DNA of 64,000 nt from an uncultured Verrucomicrobiae bacterium (GCA_963706955.1 CAVPOC010000010.1:224001-288000), one strand, 5' to 3'. Shown: positions 1-11,361, counted from the first letter of the stretch. Translations and numbers: made by a program. The notes: generated from the letters alone by a model not told the origin.

Positions 1-1458
1 ACGCATGAGATCAACGAGACCCGCTCCCTGGAAATAACGGTCTCGCTTGAGGTCGGTTGCCGTGGAGGTGAAAATCTCTTTGACGCGCTCCGGCTTGCCG
101 ATGAATTCGCCTCGAATGGAAAGGAACGCCGCGATGGCCCCGCTCACGTGCGGCGCCGCCGCACTTGTCCCACTCGTCTCGACGTAGTCGCACTCCTGGC
201 CGCGGGCGGCGTCAAGCTTTAGTTTTCCGGTGGCGCTGGAAATGATCTTTTCGCCCGGGGCGACGAGGTCGGGTTTCAGACGGCCGTCGCCAGTCGGCCC
301 TTTTGAGGAAAAGTAGGAGACCCCGTAGACATGAGGCATATAGCGGTGGGTGGATCCGACGGTGATAGCGAGATCGGCATTTCCAGGATCATTGATGCTC
401 AGACCCATACCCGACGAAAACGAGGCGCCCGTGGGCAAATCGAACGATCCATAACCAGTATTTCCGGCGGCGACGACAACGACAACACCCGAGCGGACCA
501 GCCTTTCCACTTCCACACAGAGCGGGCTCTGACCGCAGGCGAACCACTCGGGTTCAAAACTATGGCCCAAGCTCAGATTGACGCCATGAATATGGAGCCG
601 CCGGCCATTGCCGTTGACCTCCTGAACATAGTCTAAGTGCGCGGATAATGTTGCGGACCTTTCCCTTGCCGTCCTCATTGAGGACTCTTAGGCTCACCAG
701 CCAGCATTTTGGCGCTACTCCACTAATCGTATCGAGCCTCAATGATCTTAGGCACGATATCGTTATTTTCGTCGCGATGGATTTCCACAACGCGTAGCTT
801 TTCACCTTTCTGCGCGCTACGTTGGCCGGCGAGGATACCAGCGACATGTGTCCCGTGTCCGTTCGGATCCTTGAGCGGCTCGCCGGCGCTATCGTCCGGT
901 TGGGTGAAATCGCGATGCTGCACCGGACCTTTGAGATTCCCGTTTTGCTCGAAGTGCTTGTGAGTTGCGTCAATACCCGTATCGAGCACCGCCCATGTAA
1001 TATTCTCGCCAAGCGCGGAAAAGGAATTACGCGCCGCATCCGCTTTGACCGTCGCGATCGAGCGGGTAATGAAGGCGGAAACATCAAAGTCGGGCCAGAT
1101 TCGATAGATCGCTCTCACCTTGGCCTCGCCATCCAGGCGCGCTAGCTCACGAATGACCTTTCCGTTCAATGTTGCAAAAACATACTGATGTCGCACATCC
1201 GCCTCGGACTTTTCAACTTGGCCTTCTCGCACATCGAGCTTCCGTTGAGCCTGCTTGATATACTTCCGAATTTGTTGTTGCGCCGCCGCCGCGGCCTTTC
1301 GGAAATTCGAGGTTTAAGTCAATAATGACGTCGTGGAGCGCATCGGGTTGTTCATCGATCAGCTTCTGAAGTGGCAGGGCAATGACCGTCTTATCGAGGA
1401 CTTCTGGAAGAAATTGCTTAACGACCCGATTCGAATCCGGAGGCTGTTCAGCGGACAT
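1..1458 (-). pseudogene. S8 (subtilisin-like) serine peptidase split by three single-base frameshifts (~1290, ~737, ~635); runs off the left edge
   Basis: Joining frames gives AVLDTGID (Asp), HGTHVAGI (His), VNLSLG, VAAGN, KPDLVAPG and ETSGTSAAAPHVSG (Ser). The indels may be sequencing errors. Confidence 0.85.
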
Positions 1459-1906
1459 GGCAAATCACTTCAAGCAACTCTGAAAGCTTTTCATTCCGAA
1501 AGTCAACTCGTTTTGAAGGATCTGCCTTTCGAGATCGAACAGACTTAACTTCGTGCTGACCAGGCCTCCTCTCTCGAGAGTTCCCAGTTTACGTCTTGCC
1601 AAGCCTTTTGCACGCTCACCACGATAACCCCGGAACAACCTTGCTGAGGCTTCATCGCGTCTATTACTATTGCAGCTCCACCGGGCGCCAATCATCCTAG
1701 TTGTTGGGGTTTGGTAATTCGATGGACGCCCTGAAGCTACGTTGAGAGAGTTCGCTGCGATGTCCTTGACCTTAGCAAGGTTGGCCTTAGATAATGCTCC
1801 GTTTTGCGGCCGACTCGCTTCCCTGCGCCCGAGCCGTAAGGACAAATCATATCCGAGCCGTCTTCGAGATTCGTCTTAATGGCGGACGGACTGCCGAGGG
1901 CGATAG

Positions 1907-3460
1907 CTAAGCCTTCTCGCCGGCTGGGAAAATCAGATTGCGGCCGGTCATCTCGGCGGGCTGCTCAAGGCCGAGGAGAAACAGCAGCGTCGGCGCAACA
2001 TCGGCGAGAATTCCGCTCTCCACCCTAAAATGTCTTGCCCGCTCAGCAACGTAGATGAAGTGGACGAGATACGTGGTGTGAGCAGTATTCGGTGATCCGT
2101 CTCGATTGCGCATCTGCTCGCAATTGCCGTGGTCGGCCGTGATGAGAAGCTCCCCACCGAGCGAAAGGGTTTTTTCCACCACCACCTTGACGCACTGATC
2201 GATCGTTTCCACCGCCTGAACTCCGGCCTCAACGATTCCGGTGTGACCGACCATGTCGGGGTTGGCGAAGTTCAGGATAACGAGGTCATATTTTGGGAGG
2301 TTCTCGACGACTTTTGCGGTCACTTCCGGCGCGCTCATCTCAGGTTTGTAATCGTAGGTCGGCACATCCTTCGGCGACGGAACAATGACGCGATCTTCAC
2401 CGGGATACTGCTTCTCGAGACCACCGTTGAAAAAATAGGTCACGTGCGGATACTTCTCCGTCTCCGCGATGCGGAGCTGGGCGAGATTTGCCTTGCTGAC
2501 GACTTCTACCAGGATGTCGTCGAGCGATTGCGGCTTGAAAACGACCGGGCATCCATAGGTTTTGTCGTATTCGGTGAGGGTGACAAAATGCACCGCCGGG
2601 GTGACCTCCCGATTGAAGCCGGCGAAATCCTTTCTCAGGAACGCGATGGAAAGCTGCCGCGCCCGATCCGCGCGAAAATTGAACCAAATGATGACGTCAC
2701 CGTCCCGGACGCGTTGTTCGTTTGCGTTGTAGAAGATGATCGGCTCGAGGAACTCGTCGCCGCGCGGCTCGTGGGTGTAGGCTTCAGAGACTGCGGCCGC
2801 GGGAGCCTGATCCGCTTGCGCGCCACGTCCCAGGACGATGGCATCCCAAGCCAGCTTGTTGCGTTCCCACCGTTGATCGCGATCCATCGCATAATAACGA
2901 CCGATCACCGTGGCAATATGCGCGCCTGCGCGGCTAGTCTGAGCGGCGACCGTGGTCAGGTAATCGGCGGCGCCGGTGGGCGAAGTATCGCGCCCGTCGG
3001 TGATGGCGTGGATCATGATGTCGTCGACGCCGGCTTCCTTGGCCGCCTTCGTCAGGGCAATGAGGTGATTTTGATGACTATGCACGCCGCCATCCGAGAC
3101 GAGACCAAGAAAGTGAAGCCGGTGACCCCGCGCCTTGGCAAAAGCCTCTTGCAGAACCTTGTTCGACCTGAGCTCGCCATCGGCGATGGCCTTGTTAATG
3201 CGGGTGAGATCCTGATAAACAATCCGACCGGCCCCAAGATTCATATGGCCGACTTCCGAGTTGCCCATCTGCCCATCCGGGAGCCCAACATCCAAGCCAC
3301 TGGCGCTCAGGGTCGCTCGTGGATAAGTGGCATAGAGGTAATCGTGAAAGGGCGTGCTCGCGAGCATCGTGGCATCACCGTTTTCTTCAGCTTTTTCTCT
3401 CCCACCTGGATTGATCCCCCATCCATCGCGAATTATCAGAACAATCGGTCTCTTGGTCAT
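1907..3460 (-). CDS. gpmI: 2,3-bisphosphoglycerate-independent phosphoglycerate mutase
   Basis: LIIRDGWG, GQMGNSEVGH, DGGVHSH, DGRDT, AETEKYPHVTYFFNGG, NFANPDMVGHTG, TADHGN. Confidence 0.97.
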   Translation of the reverse strand: MTKRPIVLIIRDGWGINPGGREKAEENGDATMLASTPFHDYLYATYPRATLSASGLDVGLPDGQMGNSEVGHMNLGAGRIVYQDLTRINKAIADGELRSNKVLQEAFAKARGHRLHFLGLVSDGGVHSHQNHLIALTKAAKEAGVDDIMIHAITDGRDTSPTGAADYLTTVAAQTSRAGAHIATVIGRYYAMDRDQRWERNKLAWDAIVLGRGAQADQAPAAAVSEAYTHEPRGDEFLEPIIFYNANEQRVRDGDVIIWFNFRADRARQLSIAFLRKDFAGFNREVTPAVHFVTLTEYDKTYGCPVVFKPQSLDDILVEVVSKANLAQLRIAETEKYPHVTYFFNGGLEKQYPGEDRVIVPSPKDVPTYDYKPEMSAPEVTAKVVENLPKYDLVILNFANPDMVGHTGIVEAGVQAVETIDQCVKVVVEKTLSLGGELLITADHGNCEQMRNRDGSPNTAHTTYLVHFIYVAERARHFRVESGILADVAPTLLFLLGLEQPAEMTGRNLIFPAGEKA

Positions 3461-3529
3461 GGACAACAGATTCGACTCAAATTTCGCGACTTACGCCACA
3501 AAAATGATCCTTGCGCGAAGCGCAGTCCT

Positions 3530-3889
3530 CTATGAGACCGGCCCCTTTGGCCGTTCTGCGAAGGCCAAGAGCGCGTCCGCCTTGGAGACGGCGCCGAGCA
3601 GACGCTTCGAGCCGTCGGGGGCGACCACCGGAAGGCGTTCGTCGTCATGACGGGAAAAGCGCTCAAAGACCGTGGTCAGAAAATCGTTCAATAGCCAGTG
3701 CACTATCTCCGTTGCTCTCCGAAAAGCCAGCGAACCGACAGCACCAAAAAAACCCGCCACTCCAGCGAGCAGAAGCGTGATTTGCACCTCCCTGGGCCGC
3801 ACCCATTCGACCAGGCCGATCCACCAGCGAAGACACTGCCGTCCCGTGGGGAAAAAAGAGGACTTCGCCGGTTCGGAGGATGTCTTCAC
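3530..3889 (-). pseudogene. ClC/ClcB-type chloride channel remnant: first TM helix fused in frame to the C-terminal CBS segment
   Basis: LLLAGVAGFFGAVGSLAFRRATEIVHWLL followed directly by FERFSRHDDERLPVV...RLLGAVSKADALLA; GTG start overlaps the TGA of the PTS IIA gene. Confidence 0.6.
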
Positions 3890-4347
3890 GAACTCGCCGC
3901 AGCCATGATCCTTAGAAATGCCTCGGCGCTTTCGGCATGCATGAGGGTCTTTCGGGTCTCCAGGATTCGCACGCGTCTCGCCAACCAGGCAACACATCCC
4001 AAATATTCCGTTATCGCACTTGGCGGGGAGCCGATAAGAAAGACCAAGTGCACGACCGGGAGATCGCGACGGAACGACACTCCGCTCTCGCTCCGCCCAA
4101 TCAGTAGAAAAAGGCGCGACACCGCTTCCGTCCGGGCGTGAGGAAACGCGACATGATCCGTAGTTGCCGTGGAAACTGCTGCCTCGCGCGCGCGGACGCT
4201 CTCGATGAACACAGCTGCCTCGGACACGGCCGGATGCTCCTGAATGACGGGAGCGAAAATAGTCAGGCACTCGTCAAAGGTCGCTGCCCTAATGTTCATG
4301 AGGAGAGAAGCCGGATTCACTATTTTCGCAAGCTCCTCCGCTGTCAC
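3886..4347 (-). CDS. PTS system EIIA component (PtsN/fructose-mannitol-type IIA domain)
   Basis: VRAREAAVSTA...VAFPHAR (phospho-His), GRSESGVSF, VHLVFLI. Confidence 0.88.
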   Translation of the reverse strand: MTAEELAKIVNPASLLMNIRAATFDECLTIFAPVIQEHPAVSEAAVFIESVRAREAAVSTATTDHVAFPHARTEAVSRLFLLIGRSESGVSFRRDLPVVHLVFLIGSPPSAITEYLGCVAWLARRVRILETRKTLMHAESAEAFLRIMAAASS

Positions 4348-4464
4348 AGTCTGAATCTAGGTATGGGCGCATGCGGTGACCAGACCGTTTCTCACGCCGC
4401 CGGCGCTCAGAAACTCGTGGCGGAAAGTCATTTTCAAGGAAAAGCCTCGATCGCGAAGGCTTGA

Positions 4465-4512
4465 GGAGCACACGCGCCCCGCGCGTGTAATTGACCGGCG
4501 TCCCCGCCGGCC
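4465..4512. repeat. REP-like GC palindrome (GGAGCRCACGCG family), related to 63681-63951
   Basis: ggagcacacgcgccccgcgcgtgt...ccggcgtccccgccggcc resembles ggagcgcacgcgtccccgggtgt...ccggcgtccccgccgggc at 63685. Confidence 0.5.
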
Positions 4513-4814
4513 AACACCTCGAGGAGATGTGACGGAGTCGCCGCAGAGGTTTGGCGATGATAATGGTTACCTCATCAAAGCGAATGCGCGCTTTGTGCCC
4601 GGCGAGGCCGCCGTGCACCACACCCGGGGGATGACTGTGCTCCCCAAACCTTCGTTTTCGACCGCTGCATCATCCGTGAGACTTTTTTCAACGGGATTCG
4701 GCGACAAAACACTGCGCGCCCGCAACTCCTCGAAACCCAACACCACGACACTCTAAGACAACGTCACTGCCGATCGAAGCTAAGCTGCCCCGCCCCTCCG
4801 GCATGCCAGCGCGC

Positions 4815-4843
4815 TTGACAGCGACACGCCGAGCCGCTAAGCG
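4815..4843 (+). promoter_or_regulatory. Putative sigma70 promoter for the MFS gene
   Basis: TTGACA, 17-nt spacer, TAAGCG; 33 nt before the ATG at 4877; weak -10. Confidence 0.35.
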
Positions 4844-4876
4844 TGCAGCTCCCTAGCGGAAGCGACGCGGTGGCTA

Positions 4877-6421
4877 ATGACCATTCCTGAGACAGCCCGA
4901 AAACGCCTGGCACTTGCCGGCTTGAGCTTGAGCGCTTTTGTCGCCTATTTGGATTTTGCGATCGTCAACACCGCGCTTCCCTCCATTCAGCGAGACCTTA
5001 CCCTAACTTTTGTGCAGCTGCAGTGGGTCATGAATATCTTCGTGCTGGCCCTCTGCATTTTCATGGTAAACATGGGGCGCTTCGGTGACATCTTTGGGAG
5101 ACGCGTGCTCCTCTACACCGGTCTGGCGTGTTTCGCGGCCGCCTCACTTCTCGCAGGTCTGGCGCCGAATGGTCCAACCTTGATCGCTGCTCGGGCTTTT
5201 CAGGGATTTGCCATCACAATGATCGTCCCCTCTTCCCTGGCGCTTGTCTCTCATGGGGTCGCTCCCAGCGAGCGGGGTCGCGCGATCGGTATCTGGACAA
5301 GTGTAACCGGCGTCGGATTAGCGATCGGACCGGTTGCGGGCGGTCTTTTGACGAGCGTCCTCTCCTGGCGATGGATATTCTTTGTCAATATCCCGATCGT
5401 GGCGATCGCTTTTGTGCTCTGCTCGGTGAGCGTGAAGGACGTCGCACGAAGCGACACGGAACAGCGGGTCGACTGGGCCGGTTTTCTCTTGATGATCGTC
5501 GGCATTGGCTCTTTGGTCACCGCCGTCGTCCAAGGTCCGGAATGGGGATGGACCTCACTGCCAACAATCGCTCTAGCTCTCGTCGCCATCGTTTCTCTCA
5601 GCTGCCTTTATGTTGTCGAGTGCAATGTTAAGTCACCGATACTGAACCTGGCATTGTTTGCTAACCGGGGATTTCTTTCGGGTGCCTGCGCGAACTTCAC
5701 GCTGATGGCCTTCGCCTATTCCGCGTTCTTTCTCATGCCTCTATATCTGCGGAGCATCGTCGGCCAGGAGCCATTTGCGATCGGGTTTTTTATGCTCCCT
5801 ATCACGGTGTTGATTGTGATTGTCGCACCGATCGCTGGAAGGATCGTTGACACTCAGGGCGCCAAGCTACCGGTTCTCCTCGGCATCGTGTCCCTGGCAG
5901 TATCGGCGCTCGTTCAATCCATGCTACGGGTCGATAGTTCCTTATTCCACATGCTCACGGCGTTCGTCTTTGTCGGACTCGGTTGGGGGCTGATCTTGAG
6001 TTCGGCGGCCTTCTCCGCGATCTCCTCTCTCCCACAAACGCTAGCTGGAACGGCTTCGGGAGCGCTCTGGACGGCTCAAAACCTAGGTGGTTCCATCGGT
6101 CTTGCTCTTGCAGGGACCATCTTTCGACATGCAGAACGAACGTCCTTGATGAAGGGCCTCGCCGCGTCGGAGATCCATTTAACCCAGGACCAACAAAATC
6201 TAATAAGGAGTTTGTTAAGCGATTCGAATGAAGCCCAGCGCATTATCGGCGAGTTTCCGAGTGCCCTCGCCGAGAGCGTTTGGCCGCTCTTTCGGAACGC
6301 GTTTATGCACGGATACTCCTGCGCATTCCTCTTTCTCTTAGGTCTCTCGCTCGCAGCATTTCTGGTCGTCGCTGCCATGATGCAAAATATCGCGAGAAAG
6401 GAAGTCAAGGCCTCGCCTTGA
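4877..6421 (+). CDS. MFS efflux transporter, DHA2 (EmrB/QacA-like)
   Basis: LDFAIVNTALP, GRFGDIFGRR, AIGPVAGG, WRWIFFVNIP; about 14 hydrophobic segments. Confidence 0.92.
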   Translation: MTIPETARKRLALAGLSLSAFVAYLDFAIVNTALPSIQRDLTLTFVQLQWVMNIFVLALCIFMVNMGRFGDIFGRRVLLYTGLACFAAASLLAGLAPNGPTLIAARAFQGFAITMIVPSSLALVSHGVAPSERGRAIGIWTSVTGVGLAIGPVAGGLLTSVLSWRWIFFVNIPIVAIAFVLCSVSVKDVARSDTEQRVDWAGFLLMIVGIGSLVTAVVQGPEWGWTSLPTIALALVAIVSLSCLYVVECNVKSPILNLALFANRGFLSGACANFTLMAFAYSAFFLMPLYLRSIVGQEPFAIGFFMLPITVLIVIVAPIAGRIVDTQGAKLPVLLGIVSLAVSALVQSMLRVDSSLFHMLTAFVFVGLGWGLILSSAAFSAISSLPQTLAGTASGALWTAQNLGGSIGLALAGTIFRHAERTSLMKGLAASEIHLTQDQQNLIRSLLSDSNEAQRIIGEFPSALAESVWPLFRNAFMHGYSCAFLFLLGLSLAAFLVVAAMMQNIARKEVKASP

Positions 6422-6482
6422 TCGCAGGGCTGGCGTGGTGCGCACACAGCATCCCAGAATGAGCGCTGGCGGGTCTCCCAGA

Positions 6483-7229
6483 TCAGACAGCGCACCTCTC
6501 CTGGCTAACTGACGGCTGGAGACTCAGCACTTCCCGGAATCGCGCCGCCGGAGAACACGGCGATCCAGAAACATAAGACATGGACGCCATGTGGTCACGA
6601 ACAGTTATCTCGGTATAACTGACGGTCGCGGCATCCTCACGATGCATACAGAGCGAGAACGGCCCCGCGATCGGTAAATGACTGGCGTGCAGTTTCCTTA
6701 GAGTCGCCAGATCCTCCAGATCGCCAGAAAATTGTCCGCAGACTCCTCGCCGGACCTGAATCGCTTTGGCTTCGTCAAATCCAGAAGAAAACCAGTGGTG
6801 GCGCTGCCACGGACATACCTTGGAAGTGAGGACCTCGCTGCCGGAACGCCATTCCGCGAGTAAGCGTTCGGGCAGACTTACGGAAATTAACCGGAACGGG
6901 TTCATCCGTCTGAGGGGAAGTTCTTTTAAAATCGCCGCGGCCGCGCTGCTGCTCCGGCCAGAGAGAAGAGCGCGAACTACTTCCCCACGACTGATCAAAT
7001 CCTCCCCGGTGCGATCCGGCTGCGAGTGCCAATTGAGGAGCGAAAACGCCAGGCCCGCGCTGTTAACTCCTATCCATGTTCCGCCGCTCGGTTCGCTGGG
7101 ACAAAGCACTGCCAAGTCGCCCCGCTGGTGGACCCTTGGGGGCAGCGCAGGAACGCGCGAGATAAGTTCGTCCCGATTCATTGCCAGGACGAAGCCCTCT
7201 TCACGAGGGAGGAAAGTCACGCTGCACAT
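6483..7229 (-). CDS. NRDE-family (TANGO2-like, Ntn-fold) protein
   Basis: N-terminal MC, AMNRDE, GGTWIGVN, SRGEVV, NPFRL. Confidence 0.88.
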   Translation of the reverse strand: MCSVTFLPREEGFVLAMNRDELISRVPALPPRVHQRGDLAVLCPSEPSGGTWIGVNSAGLAFSLLNWHSQPDRTGEDLISRGEVVRALLSGRSSSAAAAILKELPLRRMNPFRLISVSLPERLLAEWRSGSEVLTSKVCPWQRHHWFSSGFDEAKAIQVRRGVCGQFSGDLEDLATLRKLHASHLPIAGPFSLCMHREDAATVSYTEITVRDHMASMSYVSGSPCSPAARFREVLSLQPSVSQERCAV

Positions 7230-7705
7230 GATCTACTCCTGTTTCGTGAACGGGCGCTACCCGCCAGAACGTTGTTCATGCCGGCCATTGCGGAAAAGCT
7301 TGGAAGCTGCATCACGCTGATATTCGTGTCACCCGTTTTCGACGCGAAGAGGAGCTCGCAGTGCTCGTTCAACATTGTCGAGCCACGACAATGACTTGCG
7401 GCAGTCATAGGTACACGTAGCCCGCGAGGCCGCTCTATTCAACCGGCGACTTCAAACCCTCCGCCTTTCCGGTAAACCTGGCGATGCGAACCTCATAGGA
7501 TTTCACCGGAATTGCTTTCGCTGCCAATGACGCGACCACGTTGGGTGGAAAAATTTTGCACACCGTTGCTGTTCCATTTGAGGCAGCGGGCATCCATCTC
7601 CTCAGATGGCATCCACGTAATACCCTCATTTGTGGAAAATTACGAACTCCGAAAGATCTGGCACGGGAACTGCGGCACAGACCCGCCCGTTGTCCCTCTA
7701 CCTTG

Positions 7706-8422
7706 ATGCAAACCAAATTATCCACCAACGACACGAGCAACGCTCGGTATGTCGAATCCGATCCTTACCCGTGGCCGTATGACGGCGATTTGCGTCCCGA
7801 CGTGACGGCCGTGCTCGTCATCGACATGCAAACCGACTTCTGTGGGAAGGGAGGATACGTAGACGCGATGGGTTATGATCTTTCCCTTACCCAAGCGCCC
7901 ATCGAGCCGATCAAGCGCGTCCTTGAAGCGGCGCGCGCGAGATCATTTCAAATTTTCCACACGCGCGAAGGTCATCGACCCGATCTTTCCGACCTCCCGG
8001 CTAACAAGCAGTGGCGCAGCAGGCGGATCGGAGCCGGCATCGGTGATCCCGGACCCTGTGGGCGAATCCTGACCCGCGGCGAAGCCGGCTGGGAGATCAT
8101 TCCCGATCTGGCACCACTGCCTGGTGAAAGCATCATCGACAAGCCAGGCAAGGGGTCATTCTACGGGACCGATCTCGACATGCTCTTCCGGCGAAAGGGC
8201 ATCCGGAACATAGTCCTCTGCGGCATCACCACAGACGTTTGTGTGCATACCACCATGCGAGAAGCGAATGATCGTGGTTACGAATGCCTTATCCTCTCCG
8301 ATTGCACCGCCGCCACCGATCCGGGCAACCATGCGGCAGCCCTGAAAATGGTCAAGATGCAAGGAGGAGTCTTCGGAGCGGTAGCCGACTCTACCGCTTT
8401 CGTCGAAGCCATCGCCCATTAG
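7706..8422 (+). CDS. biuH: Biuret amidohydrolase (isochorismatase-family cysteine hydrolase)
   Basis: [68 protein letters not shown] match rhizobial BiuH as I recall it. Confidence 0.88.
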   Translation: MQTKLSTNDTSNARYVESDPYPWPYDGDLRPDVTAVLVIDMQTDFCGKGGYVDAMGYDLSLTQAPIEPIKRVLEAARARSFQIFHTREGHRPDLSDLPANKQWRSRRIGAGIGDPGPCGRILTRGEAGWEIIPDLAPLPGESIIDKPGKGSFYGTDLDMLFRRKGIRNIVLCGITTDVCVHTTMREANDRGYECLILSDCTAATDPGNHAAALKMVKMQGGVFGAVADSTAFVEAIAH

Positions 8423-8794
8423 CGTCCGCAGACCGACAGCTTTTCGGAATCGTCTCTGTAGACGTGCCGGATCTGTTCGGCGCGCGCCAACTCAAGAGCC
8501 GCCTATCTGAAAACCAGACAACTGGATGCGCGCACAGTGCGCCAGCTAATCTGTCTGCCCGCATGGTCCACTCACTCGTCGTAGGCCGTGGTCGATTCTT
8601 CCAACCTGCTCCCATTCAGAGCGATGAGTCCGATAAGCGCTGCGCTGATAATGATCATCAGACATAGGAGGATCGATCCGGTGACGACGACGGGATGTTT
8701 CATAGTATCGGCAGTATGGACCAAACAACGCCTGCTGCAAAGACTCACAAATCGTCAGACGCGTTTGTCCTTCTTACTCCCGCACCTCAGCTCG

Positions 8795-9325
8795 CTACCT
8801 GCTGGCCGTCTCGCGCAAAGGCGAGCCATTTCGCGCACCGCAAGCTCGATCTCCAGCGAGTATTCGGAAAGCGATATAGTGCGTCACGAGCAAGGCAGGC
8901 ACCCAGAAGGAAGGGATCCAATAGGCAGCGCCCATGTAAAAGCGCGCCTCGAAAAGGTTGGCCAATAAGATGGCGATGACCAGGTCCAGAACACCGAAAA
9001 TGTTGAACACCCAAAGCACCGCCTTGGCGGACTGAAAATCACGAAGGGTCAGTGGAATCGCCAGAAATGCCAGCAGAGCCGCGATAAAATCACCGATCGC
9101 TGCGGGCCAGGCAAATTGCACAGGCATGCCGGGATAGACTGCCCCGCTCGCCAAAAACATCAGGCCGAGATGGCGCTGCGAATGAAGTAACAAGATGGGA
9201 ACCAGAACGGTCTGGGGTCTCCAGGCGTTCAGCTTCGGCAGCAAATAGATCTTCGCCGCTGCCGCAAAGACCAACGTGCCAAAGACCAAATTCACCGTCA
9301 GCGCCTGGTCGCCGATCGTCTGCAT
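8795..9325 (-). CDS. Hypothetical multi-pass membrane protein
   Basis: About 5 hydrophobic helices; motifs LLLHSQRHLGL, PAAIGD, FNIFGVLD, WIPSFWVP look like a real protein. Confidence 0.7.
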   Translation of the reverse strand: MQTIGDQALTVNLVFGTLVFAAAAKIYLLPKLNAWRPQTVLVPILLLHSQRHLGLMFLASGAVYPGMPVQFAWPAAIGDFIAALLAFLAIPLTLRDFQSAKAVLWVFNIFGVLDLVIAILLANLFEARFYMGAAYWIPSFWVPALLVTHYIAFRILAGDRACGARNGSPLRETASR

Positions 9326-9500
9326 ATAGCCTACCTATCGTTTTACTTGCATTATGCAAGTAATATTCGCGGGCGCCTGTGCGCTGGGTTTCTTCGACGA
9401 AGGGAACAAGCTCGCGAGCGGTATGCAGACCCGAGCTTAGCCGGGCTGAGAAATGACGACGCGCCACGATAAAGTTTGAAGGTTTGGAGAGGTGCAGTCT

Positions 9501-9565
9501 TGTAGCGGCGATGTTCCCATCGCCGATGGGCTCTTCCGGCCGCCGGTGGGGACACCGGCGCTACA
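9501..9565. repeat. GTAG-type REP doublet (TGTAGCG...CGCTACA)
   Basis: Inverted ends tgtagcggcg / ggcgctaca with internal hairpins; related copies at 14303 and 21851. Confidence 0.6.
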
Positions 9566-9764
9566 ACTTCCGCAGACCACGGGCTCCGGAATTTGCCAGT
9601 GTCCGGCTGAGTCAAAAAACAAGAACCCTGCCTCTCGAAACAGGCGGCGTGGGATCACCAGGGTCTACACTGCGGCCTATATCCGGACCGCATTGCACAA
9701 CCGACAGAGCTAAGCGGAGGTGCCTCGCTGGCCGATTGCGATCGCAAGCTGGAAAGACCGGGCG

Positions 9765-10734
9765 CTACTGGTAAAAATTGCGATCCCAGCGATGGGCCTT
9801 CAACCTTCCGACGGTTTCCTCCGGCAGGCCCCGCCCATCACCGATCAGGCAGTTTCGCTCGACATTTCGCACCGTGCGCATCCCGGGAATGACCGTTGAG
9901 ACGGCGGGATGGCTGAGCACGTAGCGCAGCGCCGTTTCCGGCATGTCTTCCAGCGTGATCCCGAGATCGGAAGCCATCCGCGTGACGCGTTCGTAAACCT
10001 GCTGCTTTCGATCACCTCGAAAATAATTGTTGCGGAAGTCGTCGGCCGCAAAGGTCACGTCAGGGGTGATCTTGCCGGTCAAGCCTCCCTCATCGAGCGC
10101 CACACGGACAATCACGCCGATATCATGACGTTGGCAGGCAGGGAAGAGCTTCTCTTCCGGGTTTTGCTCGAAAATATTATAGATGACCTGAACCGTATCT
10201 AAGACGCCGCTCTCAATCAGCTTGATCGCGTTTTCGGGTTGATAGTCGTTTATCGAAACACCGAAGAACTTGATCTTACCCTGATCCTTGAGCTTCTGAA
10301 TGGCGCTGAGCCATTCTCCCTGGTCGACCCATTCGTCGGACCAGACGTGGAACTGCTGCACGTCGATAGTTTCCAAACCGAGATTCTTGAGACTCTTTTC
10401 GGTGCACTTGATAACGTGATCGGCTGGGAAGGTCTCCTCCACGGGAGTACCGGCCCTCGCCGGCCACACTTCGTTCTTGGGAGGTATCTTCGTAGCCACG
10501 TAGATCGTTTCCGACCGCTGTCTGACCAGCTGTCCCACGAGCTTTTCGCTATGGCCGTCGCCATAGCCCAAGGCCGTGTCGATGAAATTCAGTCCCAAAT
10601 CGATTGACCGATTGAGTGCTCTCAGGGATTGCATCGTCAGAAGCGCCAATCCACATGCTTTTGCCAATTCCCCAAGCGCCAAAGCCAATCTCCGAGACCT
10701 TAAGCCCTGTTCTGCCGAGCGCTCGATAATTCAT
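9765..10734 (-). CDS. Aldo/keto reductase with one frameshift near 10630
   Basis: [24 protein letters not shown] in one frame; [31 protein letters not shown] in the next. Confidence 0.9.
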
Positions 10735-10965
10735 GATTTTCCACTCTTTCAGATTCCTCTATCTCGGGCCAGAACTCTTGCCCTGAGTTTCGTGCTGGAG
10801 CCATTCCGACGAGGCCCGTGAGTCCAAAACGGCTAAGCGGAATCAGTTTTCCGGAATGCAATTTTTCCAATCGTCCACGGGCCTGGTGGTGCCAGTGGCG
10901 GGTGGGCGCCGTCATCCACCGTCCTTTCTCGACGCCGGAAGCTGAACCCGGAGAGAACCGACACC

Positions 10966-11361
10966 TCAGCTGGTAAATTGCCAGAGGCCGATGACTGCGC
11001 CTTGAGGGTCAGCAAGGATAGCGAATCTTCCCACCTGAATCGTAGTAATTTCCTTGTGAACTGTGGCGCCGAGGTCCTTGGCGCGAGCCACCGATGCTTC
11101 GAGGTCTTCGACGGTCACGTAAGGCATCCACATGTCGGGCATCGATTCCGCGTCCGGTGGAAGCGTGAACATCCCGCAAACCACGCGATCGCCAGATTTA
11201 AACATGCTGTAGGTGTAACCCTGCATATCCATCTCCTCACGCGACCAGCCAAACAGCTCGGTGTAGAATTTCGCACTTGCCGCCGCATCGCGGGTCATCA
11301 GCTCGTTCCAGCTAAATATCCCGGGAGTCTTATCCATTTCGTTTGATCCTTCTTCGCTCAT
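10966..11361 (-). CDS. VOC (glyoxalase/bleomycin resistance) family protein
   Basis: FSWNELMTRD, FYTELFGW, WMPYVTVED, GRFAILADPQGA. Confidence 0.9.
   Translation of the reverse strand: MSEEGSNEMDKTPGIFSWNELMTRDAAASAKFYTELFGWSREEMDMQGYTYSMFKSGDRVVCGMFTLPPDAESMPDMWMPYVTVEDLEASVARAKDLGATVHKEITTIQVGRFAILADPQGAVIGLWQFTS

Noticed and set aside
1465..1845. 126-aa ORF between the S8 peptidase and gpmI
   Set aside because: No recognisable motif or RBS; cannot be supported.
2129..3535. 468-aa plus-strand ORF and similar long antisense ORFs across the window
   Set aside because: Shadow frames of real GC-rich genes (gpmI, GH63, kinase and others) with no motifs of their own.
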